Origin: Vicugna vicugna
Lineage: Eukaryota
Direction of reading: 5' to 3'
DNA: 35,955 nucleotides
NCBI GenBank assembly: GCA_013265495.1
Contig: MU058037.1
Coordinates: 1,923,498-1,959,452, forward strand
The number at the start of each line of letters is the position of its first letter. Within the stretch, counting starts at the first letter, position 1. The notes beneath the pieces were generated by a model. It saw only the letters and a list, made by a program, of their open reading frames with translations, did not search any database and was not told where the DNA came from. The position numbers and the translations under genes were made by a program. Below, piece after piece: positions 12,788 to 23,814 of the stretch.

Positions 12788-13570
12788 AGGTTTGTTTACT
12801 ATTAGGAAAATCTATTAACACAATTCAACACAATACACAAAGGAGAAGAATATATTATTATCTCAATAGAAGCAATCTTTTCTTTTAATATCTCAATAGA
12901 AGATTTATTTGATAGAATTCAGTATTTATTTATGATTTAGAAATCTCTTACAAACTAGTAATACAAAATAATATCTTAACTTGATTAAGAATTACCTGTT
13001 AAAAACTTCCATAGTAAACACCATACTTAATGATTTAATGCTTGGAGCCTTATTTTTAAAATAAGGATCAAGAAAAGGATTCCATTATCTTCATTTAACA
13101 TTTCACTGGAGATTCTATCCAACATAGTAATACAAGAATTTTTTAAAAAGAGAATAACATTTATTAGAATAGGAAAGTAAGGAATAAAATTACCACTATT
13201 TATAGAATATGCAGTTGTCTATACAGAGGATCCAAGAAAAATTATTAGAATTGATAAGAAAGTTCAACATATTCACTGAAAATCAGTATGTGAAATCAAT
13301 TGTATTTCTATCCATCAGTAACAGTTAGAAAATGTAATTTTTTTATTTAAATTTTTTGAAATTATTTTCAATAACAGTTTAAAAATAACCAATAATAGAT
13401 CTAACAAAGGATGTACATGACCTTTATGGAGAAAAATTATAAAATGTTATAAGACTTTAAGGAAAACCCAAGGAAATAGTGACAAATACAATGTTTATGG
13501 AGAAGACTCCATCATCATAAATATGTTATTTGTCCCACAATCAATCTAAGAATTCAATACAATCACAATC
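12788..13570 (+). mobile_element. Older LINE-1 ORF2 fragment, right part (continuation of 11250-11856)
   Basis: 'aaataaggatcaagaaaaggattccattatc', 'aattattagaattgataagaaagttcaac' and 'ctaacaaaggatgtacatgacctttatggagaaaaattataaaatgtt' are collinear with L1 ORF2. Confidence 0.85.
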
Positions 13571-13586
13571 AGAAGACATTCATGGG

Positions 13587-13716
13587 TTATGGTAGCTCAC
13601 AGAGAAAAAAAAATGTGACAATGAATATATATATGTTCATGTATAACTGAAAAATTGTGCTCTACACTGGAATTTGACACAACATTGTAAAATGATTATA
13701 AATTAATAAGAAAAAA
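13587..13716 (+). mobile_element. Young, extremely 5'-truncated L1 3' end (camelid-type) with 16-bp TSD
   Basis: Perfect direct repeat AGAAGACATTCATGGG at 13571-13586 and 13717-13732. The insert has an A-rich tail and closely matches the reverse of 35655-35775. Confidence 0.92.
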
Positions 13717-14009
13717 AGAAGACATTCATGGGAATAATAAATCCAAATTTGAGGGTGGGGCAAATGTGAGAATGGACATATAAGAACTTCTTTTCTTTTA
13801 TAGTATTTTATTTCTTAATCTAGGTAGTTTATACACAGGTGTTCATTATGTTCTTTTTTTTCAGTATTTCTTAAATATTAAGTTTAGGGAAAGGGTGTTG
13901 AGCACACAACTTTAGCATTATATTGCTGTCTACAACAAACCAGTCTCACAAAGTAACTGCTAATTTGGTATGGATTTATATCTAAATGCATTTACACCCT
14001 AGATTCTCT

Positions 14010-14100
14010 ATCCTTTACTTCTGTGTGATGTGAAGCAGGTAATTTATACTCTGAAAACCCTCAGTTTCCACATCTATGAAATGTGGTTATCATAAGCAAT
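14010..14100 (+). mobile_element. MIR core fragment
   Basis: 'ctgtgtgatgtgaagcaggtaatttatactctgaaaaccctcagtttccacatctatgaaatgtgg'. Confidence 0.7.
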
Positions 14101-15882
14101 TTAAAATTAAAAAAAATTTTAAGTAAGAGGATAAATTATGCTTTCAGTATATTTTAGTTTATTTCTCTATATTCTCTATTTCACTATCTGGTTCAGGTAG
14201 TGAAACACCTGGGACTCACAGTGCCCTTTGAGAAATACCATGAAATTCTGACATATATAACTCAATCTTGTGACCTAGGAGAAGTTTTACTCAAAGTAAA
14301 TATGGCATTTGTTTATAATATACAACCACAACCACACACGTAAGTAAGAGTTTCTGAATTACTCCACTAGTCTGCATTTGCTGCCACTTCTATAATTTTG
14401 TCTTCTGCTAGCATTCCTAGCATCAGTATGAGAAAAATTTATGGGTGGAATTATAAGATTGAAAAATCCCATGTATTAGTCTAACTACCCATCCCCCTCC
14501 CCCTCCCCCACCCCTGTGACTTGAGAAAAGAGCACTAATGTTGGAGTTTAGTTGAAAAACCTTCAATTATTCTTGGGGGAGGGGTGGAATCCCTGGGATG
14601 CAAAGCAAATAGAACATTGAAGAGGAAGTCCAAGTGGCTCCACCCAGCAAAATAAAAACATCTTCAAACCCTCCTATCAATATAATCAACATGACAAATC
14701 TTTCTTTAAAAGGTTTCTGGCTTATTAGTCTTTATTATCAGGTACTAGGTTAGACATTCCTTCATTTAAAGATAGAACTGCTATTTTAAAATCCAAATCA
14801 GAAATTGTTTGAAATATTTCCTCTGAACTAAGTTGAAGTGATCTATCCACAGAGCACATTCAGATAGTGAGTTATATCAAATGGGATTCAGAATAACTGC
14901 TCCTTAAAATGGGATTACCCAGGCATTCTAGATTTTGTTATATATGTATTTTAATTAATTTACAAAAATCCTTGTAAATGAAGCCTTGCTGGTACCTAGA
15001 CTTTCCCAGTATGACTTGAGATGAATCTACTACTCAGAGAAAATAGATACTCCCATCTACCCTTCTTCCATGGACTGACCAGACCTTATTAAGAACAGAT
15101 AGTCCTCTTTCCCAAGGTTGTTCAGGAAGTTATTAATTAATTTAACAGTATTTCCTGAGGACCTACTAGGTTAAATCATTGTTCTAGATGCTGGAGATAT
15201 AGCCGTGAACAAAATAAAGTTGTGTAGTTTAATGTTAGTAGTAAGTGTTATGAAAGAAATTAATCAGTGCATGAGAATGGAATTATGGGTGATACCATTT
15301 AAGATAGAGTGACATTTGAGCAGAGACCTGAATAAAGTGAGAGAATGAGTCATGTGAAGATATTGAGGAAGACAGTCTCTGAAAGATGAGAGACCGTGAA
15401 GGTCCTGAGGTGGGAACATGTTTGTTGTGATAGAAGAAGGGCAGGAGGCCAGTGCATAGTTTGAGTTTAGTGAAAAAGAGAGCTAGTGGCAAGAAATGAG
15501 GACAGAGAAATATTCAGAGGCCTTAATGGGGAAGGCTTTGTAAGCTACAATAAAGACCTTAGATTTTACGCTAAGTGTGATGAAAAATCACTGGAAGGTT
15601 TTGAATTTGGGAAAAATGTACACTGACGTATATTTTTAAAGCGGGTCATCCTGGAAACTGTAGGAAAATGAATCGTAGAGAGATAAGAGTACAAAGTCAG
15701 AGGCTACCTTAGCAATCCAGTTGAGAGATCACAATGGCTGGGACTGGAGTGTACTGGTAAAAGTGGTGAGATGAGTGATGGTAGAATATACAGGATTTGC
15801 TAATGGATTATTTGTAGTGTGTAAGAGAAAGCATAAAAGATGACCACAACTTTTGTGACTTGAGCAAATGCATGAATGATGG

Positions 15883-16230
15883 TGCTTGTCTTTGGGCTAC
15901 TGTAACAGAACACCATAGACTGGTGGTTCACAAACAACAAAAATTTATTTCTCACAGTTCTGGAGGCTGGAAAGTCCAAGAACAAGGTGTTGGCAGATTC
16001 ACTGTCCAGTGAGGGCCCACTTCCTGGTTCATAGACAGCTATCTTCTTACTGTGTCTTCACACGGCAGAATGGGTGAGGGACCTCTCTGAGGTCTCTTTT
16101 ATAAATGTACTAATCCCATTCATGACCTAATCATCTCCCAAAGACCTCCCATCACCTAATACCATCACATTAGGTGTTAGGATTTCAATATATGAATTTT
16201 TGGAGAGGCACAAACATTTAGTGTATAGCA
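15883..16230 (-). mobile_element. MaLR solo LTR (MLT1A/MLT1A0-like)
   Basis: 'aaatttatttctcacagttctggaggctggaaagtccaagaacaaggtgttggcagattc' and the end 'gcacaaacatttagtgtatagca' are typical of reverse MLT1A. Confidence 0.92.
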
Positions 16231-16860
16231 GTACCATTTACCGAGATGGCAAATGTTTGTTAAGATGGGAAACACTGGAGAAGGAGTGGTTTGGGGGGAG
16301 GGGAAATCTACCGTTCATTTTTTAACATGTTAATTTTGAGATCTCTATTAGAAATCTAAGAGCAGGCAGTAGACATGAGACTGGAGTTCGGGGGAAAGTT
16401 GGAGCTGGAGACATTTGGGAGGTATCAGTTTATAGTTTGTATTTAAGACAATGAAATCTAGAGGCATCTAGAGGCAGCATGTAGACAGAGAGAAGATGTA
16501 TGAACATTAACTCTGGGGTGTTATGATATATAGAAATATGGAACAAGAAAATAATAAGGGAGACTCAGAAGAGGCAGCCATCAGGGAAGCAAAATCCATC
16601 TTAGAAGCCAAGAAAGTGTTTCATGAAGGAGAGACCAATCAGCTTTGACAAATGATGCTAAGACCTCAAGGAATACGAAAATTGAGGATTGATATTGGAT
16701 TTGGCAATGCAGATTTGGCAATGTGGAGGGGACTTAAAGAGGCAGATTTCATTGGAGTGTTGTAGTGGATTCAAGGAACAGTTGGAGGAAAAAAGTGAAG
16801 ACTATATGGGTAACATTTTCAAAGATTTAGGCTGTAAAATGGAGTAATGAAATGGTGAGG

Positions 16861-17320
16861 TGTTGGGCGGTACCCCACAGGCCTATAAGGCCTGTACTAT
16901 CGCATCCTCAAAACTGAAGAAAGAGCCCCCTAGTTCAGTGACAGAGACATCAAAGGTTTAATGGACAGGGGGATCTTACATCTGAAGCAAGGTCCTGGAA
17001 CAACTCCCCACTGTGTGCAGTGGACGGTAGGCAAGACATGGCAGCAGGCTTCCCAGGGGGAGGTTAGCAGTTATGGGAGAATTGATGTCAGGTTGTCTCA
17101 TCAATTACCAGGGAAACCAGCAGAGGGGCACACCCTCACCACCCCTTTGATAAGCATAGTGGAGTTCTGATCTAAAGTTAGAACAATCTCTAGCTGAGGC
17201 CTGGGTCAAGTACGTAGGAAGATCAGTCATGTGAGTAAGGTGTAGGTGAACCAGGCACTGGTTGAGCAGAAGATGTACGGAGAGCAAGAGATCAATCATC
17301 TTGAGTGGCCTGACCACACA
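16861..17320 (-). mobile_element. Solo ERV LTR (460 bp) with 5-bp TSD
   Basis: TG...CA termini (TGTTGGG...CACACA) are flanked by TGAGG at 16856-16860 and 17321-17325. An ATTAAA poly(A)-type signal on the minus strand lies ~100 bp from the left end. GC content is higher than the host L2. Confidence 0.85.
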
Positions 17321-18556
17321 TGAGGGACTATTGAAACAATGGAGACTTTTATGATTGGACTTATTACAGCCTGTTTGTGTGCTAGTGAAAATGATAGTGA
17401 AATAAATGCTACAGGAGAAAAGAGGGACAGTTACAGAGGCACTGTTTTCAAGGTGCTGAGAAGGGTAATAGGTGACAGGACATCAAGATAGGAGCTAGAT
17501 AGTTTATCTTTTATAACTGGAGAGAAGGCAGAATATATGGGTGCAGATGCAATGAGATTAGAAAATGTGGTGGTGAAGGATGTGGAAGTTCAAACTCTTT
17601 CTGATTGATTTTTCAGTGGAAACAGGTAATAAAGTCATCAGCTAAAAGTGAGGAGTGGGGAATGGTGTTGGAGTTTTGAGGCAGGAGGCAGTGGTGTGAC
17701 AGACTCATCTTAGATAATGGGAGAATGACTTGACTTTTGGTAAGTATAATTGGACTACCAGGCAGCACTGAAGGTCGACATGTGGCTCATGGTCATAAAT
17801 CTAAAATGAGCCCACGTGCATACCTTTTCCCAATCATGCTCAGTAACTGAGGTGCAGGCATGCAATAGGTGGAAAGATGGATTTAAACATGTTATGGTTT
17901 TGCCTATAACTACAAGCTGTCCTGGTCATGTTATTTTTCTTGAGGCGCCATAAGAAGCAAGAGACTTCCGTGCAGTAAGTCAGTGATTTGGGAAAGAAGG
18001 AGTGGCTAGAAATCAAACCGGGGAGATAAAGATATCTCCAAGGAAGACAAAACATTTCATTCATTCCTCAGACTTTTTCATATGAATCAGTCTTTTAATA
18101 ACCCCCAAGTTTCGTGATGGATCTTGATTACTTCCAACTCCTTCAACATTCAATAAATTATCCCCACCCATAGTCCCAAGAGCAAGAAGTGGCATCAAGC
18201 AAGCCATCTGGATATGGGCTTAGCTGTGTGAGAGGAAACCAATGGCGGGAGAAAGCAGTATCACTCACAACCGATGAGGTCCTTGGCTGTTCTCTGGGGC
18301 AACCCTCCTCTTCATTTTCAGGCGGGACATACTTTAATATAGTAACAAAAGAAAAGCCCAGCAAGGAAGCAATACGTTTCATTGTCCAAATGAGTGCTGG
18401 TGCTAACAGAGTTTTATGAGTGTGGAGAGTGGCATTTGCAGAATTTTTACCTTATCTGTTTTTCAAGAAGTTAGTTTAGGAACATTTTCGAAGGCAATCT
18501 TTAAACAAAAGTCAATTCAAGAGAAAGCCTCTCTCTGTGGAAATATAGAAAGTTTC

Positions 18557-18565
18557 TGTGTGTGT

Positions 18566-18604
<39 letters not shown>

Positions 18605-18637
18605 CCAGAGAGAGAGAGAGCGAGCGAGCGAGCGAGC
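18557..18637. repeat. Compound microsatellite (TG)n(AG)n(AGCG)n
   Basis: Directly visible: tgtgtg...agagag...cgagcgagcgagcgagc. Confidence 0.97.
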
Positions 18638-19049
18638 AGGCATCGATTCCAGCAAAGGCAGCTGTTGGCAAGAGCTTGTGGCATATAACTCTACAAATTG
18701 CCCTCCATACCCCAGCACAGCTTGTGAACTCTCCAGAAAACATTCTGTGTGTGTTAGGCTCCCTCTTTCAGACTCTGCGCATAGGCAGCTGTTTGTTGAG
18801 TTTTGTAATTATACAAATGATGACAGCAGCCTAAACAGCTTCCCATGTTTTCCAGTTTTTCCTTAAGGAAAACAGGCAAGCATTTCCCATTACAGAGAAT
18901 CATACATAGAATCTAGGCTTTTCATGGAGATTTTCAGGGTCCATATTATAAGGAACCATGCAATGATGGAACTTAGAAACCAAATTAATGAACCTGGACC
19001 TTATCCTAAAAGTAACAATAAGAGGACAAGCAATGGAAGTCTTTTTTAT

Positions 19050-19502
19050 TTTTGGCTTAAAACAACATTGATGTATTATTTCTCATGAATCTGTGTGTTG
19101 ATGGGGCTGTTCTGCTGGGCTCACTACTGAAATGGAATTCTGTTGTAAGGTGGTTGAGATAGCCTCAGTCATTTGCCTGACAGTTGGTGCTGGCCTCTTA
19201 CCCTCCTTGTGGGCTTTTATCCTCTGGTAGGCTTATCTGGTTTCCTTAGGTAGCCTCAGGGCAGTGTTCAAGGTGGGGAAGATGCAAGTTGTACGGTCTC
19301 TTGAGGCTGAGGCTTTGTAACTAAAAAAAAAAGTCACTTCTGCCACATTCTATTGGTCAAAGCGAGTCCTAAGTCTAGCCCAGTTAAAGGGATGGATAAA
19401 CAGATGGAATCTCTGGGTGGGAGGAAGGGCACAGTCAGCTGCAAAGGGGCAGACATACTGCAATGGGAGAATTTTGTGACCATTTAAAAAAACTGACTAC
19501 AC
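19050..19502 (-). mobile_element. MaLR solo LTR (MLT1H/MLT1F-like)
   Basis: 'ggcttaaaacaaca...tattatttctcatgaatctgtgtgttg' and 'gtcacttctgccacattctattggtcaaagcgagtcctaagtctagcccag' are reverse MLT1 motifs. Confidence 0.85.
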
Positions 19503-19844
19503 CAAAAAACACTACTGAAATCCCAGAACCCACTTTGGGAAGTGTTATTCTAGGCTGAGTGACTTTTCCTCCCTAAAAAAGTTTCTCCCCAGTAGAGTAC
19601 ATACTTCTGATTGCTTAATTTCATTGTATAATCATATTGTGGTCCTAGGTCTCCTTCACTGGAGTTACAATACACGTGTTCTCTAATTTGGTTATCTTAC
19701 TGTACCAATTGCCAGTGTTTTTTCTGGGATAATTCCAATAATTCCATGCTTATTTTTGTAAGCTGAGAACAAAGAGGTCTTAAAGTTAAAAAAAAATCGT
19801 ACTTGTTTTATTTTCCAAGATATTAACAGCAGGGGGGAGCTATG

Positions 19845-20690
19845 TGGGTTACATCCAACATCATTGGGGGAGATCTCTTCATGCTGCACAGAGCTGCCTG
19901 GATGCATAGAGAACATTGTATCCATGGTCCAGAACCAGGCTCTGCAACTGTCCCCTGTTAGTGGAAGTGCTAAGGTATTTTGCTGTATTTTTCTAGCATC
20001 AGAACTGGAGGTAGAGACTATACTGTTTAGAAAGATTGCATTCATGCAGATCCTTAGACTTGGTATCTTTTAGAAGATGATTTTCATGTGACCTCTTTTG
20101 AGGTTTGCAGTCAACCCCTTTCCTTCAGTTTATGGAATCTTCTATTAATTATAAACTTCAATCTGTAGTTGTACTTCTCCCATACTTTTCAGATGCCAGA
20201 GAAAGGCCATCACCAACTGCTTGAGCTTGTAGCAGATGCTAAGGAGTGGCTCACTCTTCTATTCCAACCTTTTTCTGGTGTGTCTTTCTGTACTTCAAAG
20301 ACTGTAAAACTCCTTTGAAGGATTCTGAATGTGATTTGTGCTCCACCACTTAGATACTCTCATGTGAAACTTGAATTGGAAAATGAATTAACTGGGAAGA
20401 GAGGCAGCATATAAGGCATCCCTGTTGATGGTGACATGGGCTATACGATTCTGGAACTGGCAGCTGTGATTTCCTTATTCTCCAGTAGCTACCTTGGTAA
20501 CCCAGTCCCGTGGGGCTTTGGGGAGCTGTTCCTTGAATCTCAGTCTAGAATTTTTCTCAATGCTGATGTTATCCATTGAGTTGTAGGTTCTACTGCATGA
20601 GAAGAGAGAAGGCAGAATGACCCCATAACCCAGGAAGTCTTTAGCTGTTCTCCAGGGCATTTCTTCAGTGACTGTTCCCTTGGAGCACAG
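19845..20690 (+). mobile_element. Putative ancient RTE-X (L4-like) LINE remnant, RT C-terminal half and downstream domains
   Basis: Manual translation across stops and frameshifts gives, in order: VTSNIIGGDLFML (~LLYADDLVLL), SAKVFCCIF (~KTKVMVF), RLGIF (~KYLGIxF), LLELVADAKEWLTLLF (~LKLFDAKVxPILLY), KLL*RILNV...VKLELE (~FLRRILGV...RLELG), WAIRFWNW (~AIKFW), EERR...GHFFSDCSL (~ER.C...HFLLxCPL). Confidence 0.5.
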
Positions 20691-21024
20691 AGCTGGGTGG
20701 AGAAGGATGTAAAGGAAATTTGGAGAAGCAAATGGAAGATACCAGCACAATAATTAGGCCTAATGATCCAGCCAATCCTTGGGTTTTAGCTAGTTTTACA
20801 TCTCCTCTCACTGGCATTCATTGTAGGAGACTTGCTCTTAAATACTCCTTTGTAAACCATGCTGGACACTATGCTGTAACATTTACATACCTGTTTCTGT
20901 TATATTAATCATTAAGATTACAATCTTATAGATGAGCAGAGGAGAGGAATTGGAATTGATGGGGCTTGAATTTAGTTTTGTGTGGTTTTAAAGCCTAAGA
21001 TTTTCTAGAAAGTCATGCCCCCTT

Positions 21025-21056
21025 AGAGAGAGAGAGAGACAGACAGACAGACACAG
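21025..21056. repeat. Microsatellite (AG)n(AGAC)n
   Basis: agagagagagagagacagacagacagacacag. Confidence 0.9.
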
Positions 21057-22984
21057 ATATACACAGAGGTTGGGGGAAGAGAGGGAGAAGGAAATTAAAT
21101 ATTAAATCCCTTTGACAAAGATTAAATAAGATTATAAACATACCCGTTTTTATTCCTCTCCTACCAATAACCTTTCTCTCCATCAACTGTCAGTTTTCTA
21201 ATAAGAGAAATAAACAGAACACAACTGACACTCCAAGTGTGGTTTTGAGGATCAACCTTTTTCGGGGCTGTAAAACATTTTACAAACTTCTTTACAAACC
21301 TGTGTAAACTTCATAGCTTTCAACAAATATATTGATGATCTTATTGATAGTGAATTCACTTATTGCATTCAATTTAGTTTTAAATAATATTGTAACATAG
21401 GAAATTAAGCAAGTGAGATTTGTACCAGCGAAGTAGGCTAGGTCATTTCTTCAGTATAGTGTTTTTGATTATGTTATGCTTTCCATATTATGAGACTTTA
21501 AAATTGTGTTAATCATTTTATTTCTAAAGCATACTTATTTTAACATAATGAGCTCTTATTTAACTTTAATTGTTTTAAGTAATTAAGAGATTAATATAGT
21601 AAAGTACAATTTTCACTTTTGTATGGTGAGTAGTTTCTTATATTAGTGTTAAGAATGTATTTGTAAAAAGTAAAATTTTCTTTTGAAAAATTTATATAAA
21701 GGCATGAGATGGAATTTTGCTGGTTTCCTTATCAAGAGGATTTTTTTTTCTAGCCATGTAGGCACCTTTTTATAGAGTAATTTTCTCTAGTTTCATTATT
21801 TGTAATTGAAATCTATAAACTATCTTTTGTGGCCCCCTGTAACTTGTTCCATGATTGTGAGTTTTAATGATAGCTTTCTTGGAAAGAAGGTAAAATCAGT
21901 TGACTGACACTAATGGACTGGAGTTTATATAGAAGATACAAAATCATAAAAGTAGCTTATTTTTTCTTCAAAAAGAAATCACACAAACAAAAAAGAAATT
22001 GCACAGGAATATTTCCAGTTGCCTTTAAGGAAATCTGTCTGTTTGTACTTGTCTTTAGCTGCCTTGATGTTTCTTGGGCAGACAGATTTTTTTTATAAGT
22101 TGTTAGTATGAATCGTCATGATACAAAACGTATTCTTTGTTTCATTTTAACCTATTTGTCTTAGATCCTGAACTTTATTCAAGTATTTCTTTTTAAAAAA
22201 ATGGAAATGTACTGTTGGCCAGAAAAAAATTAATTTTCTAACCGCACCCTTAAAATTTTTATTTTCCCAGAGGGCTATTAAATTCTTAAGGTCTTCAACA
22301 GTACTTTCAGGAGATATCAGGGAGCTTGCATTGAGAGATTAGCATGTTTACTATGTAAGTGCAGTGATGTACATGAAACCTTTTAAGATTAACATAAATG
22401 TGCTATTTTTAAAATACACATCTTGAGGTGGTTAAGGAACCTTAAAAACCTTGCTTTTAATCTTAGATGGCAATTTTGTGGAAAAAAAAAGAGTCTCAAA
22501 GAAGACAGCCAAATATTTAAGTAATATTTTCCTTTCTCATCAACACTGTAGTAGCAAGAAAGCAGTAACTATTGAATGTTAGCTTTCTGTAACCCTTTCA
22601 AGACTTAAAATTTGGAGATAATGTTTGCTTTCAATCTTACTTGGAGATACTAGATTATGCATAACTTGGCTAAGAGTATCCTTCATTCAGCATCAGCCTT
22701 GGCATTTATTAAGAAGCGAAAGTCAGAAGGGGTTATTGGTCCTTCATTATTATATGTGTAAATTAAGACTATATTTTATTTTACTAACCTTAAAGTACCT
22801 TTAACAAAAAAAATAATAATAAAAGCTATAGTTATACATATGCCCCAAGTCTTTGTCCTTTTTCTCTCAGGCAGGGTGGAAGAATGGGGATGAGGAGCCA
22901 ATATAGCTATAGGAAATACTTCCAGAAACGAATGTTTACCAGTGCTTTTGTTCCATCTTTAGTGAGGATATTAACAGGCTGTTG

Positions 22985-23095
22985 TAATAAGTGGCTGAGT
23001 ATAATGGATTTTGGAGTCGGCCAACTTGCTGATTTGGCTAATGGTTAGATGAAAACTGAAACCTCTCCTTCTCTGAGGTTTCCTCTCCTCTGAAT
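22985..23095 (+). mobile_element. MIR 5' part (3' part appears to resume at ~23590-23675)
   Basis: 'gtggctgagtataatggattttggagtcgg...ctctgaggtttcctctcctctgaa'. After the L2, 'cacagcagtaaatgtttaatcagtgtgagct' resembles the MIR 3' end. Confidence 0.5.
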
Positions 23096-23097
23096 TT

Positions 23098-23585
23098 CAG
23101 CCACACTGGCCTCCTTGGTATACCAAACATGCTCCTCCCTCTTGGCCTTTGCTTTGCTCTTCCCTCTGCCAGAAATGCTCTTCCCTAAGGTATTTCATGG
23201 CTTATTCTTTCAGTTCACTCAGATTGATCCAAATGCTGTCTCCTTGGAGTGGCTTTCCCTGACCTTTCTAAAATAGCTCCTGACTCTGTTTCTTCATCCT
23301 GCTTTATTATTTGTCATAACACTTTTAACCACTTGACGTTGTATTGAATCATGTTATATTACTTTATATTATATCATATCATATGTTTGTATCTACTTTT
23401 TTATATGTATTTATAAAAATTATGTAACTATTTTCTGTCTCCTTCACTAGAATCTAAGCAGCATCATGAGGTCAAGTTACTTGCTTGCCTTGTACACTGC
23501 TGTATCTCCAGTGCCTTGAACACTGCAAGGCAAATAGCAGTTGTGCAAAAATGTTTGTTAAATGAATCAGCAAATGCATGAATAA
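23098..23585 (+). mobile_element. LINE-2 3' end (L2a-like)
   Basis: 'cagccacactggcctcctt...tccctctgccagaaatgctcttccc' and the terminus 'cactgctgtatctccagtgccttgaacactg...atgtttgttaaatgaat'. Confidence 0.9.
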
Positions 23586-23814
23586 GACTGATTTTGCAGG
23601 ATTCCTTAAGAGAACTAAATAAGACAGCTTATAAATAACACAGCAGTAAATGTTTAATCAGTGTGAGCTGGCTTTATTCAATGGTGGGAGAGGAATATTG
23701 TATAATTCCCTTTATATTTACACAGAGAAAGATGGTAAGCTAATATATCTGTATGAAATGCTCCCCCTGCCCCAAATGTTTTTAACTTAGCACTAAAATG
23801 CTGAGAGGTGAGCA

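Larger units (their letters stand above)
15131..17930 (-). mobile_element. Long LINE-2 (L2a-like) remnant interrupted by two LTRs
   Basis: Starts with the reverse L2 3' end ('atttcctgaggacctactagg...gttctagatgctggagatatagccgtgaacaaaa') and continues collinearly ('gacatttgagcagagacctgaa', 'ccatttaccgagatgg', 'gaggattgatattggatttggcaatg') across the insertions at 15883-16230 and 16861-17320. The right boundary is approximate. Confidence 0.85.

Noticed and set aside
18416..18866. Overlapping ORFs with ERER/SLSL repeats
   Set aside because: They are translation artefacts of the microsatellite.
19820..19974. Apparent AG...GT-bounded 155-bp exon; one frame (ILTAGGSYVGYIQHHW...) loosely resembles a phospholipid scramblase exon
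   Set aside because: That frame has an internal stop, no partner exons are evident, and the wider region is better explained as an RTE-X LINE fossil. The open frame resembles no protein I recognise.
22271..22354. Exon-like segment (ttttcccag...gtaagt)
   Set aside because: There are stops in all three frames and no other support.
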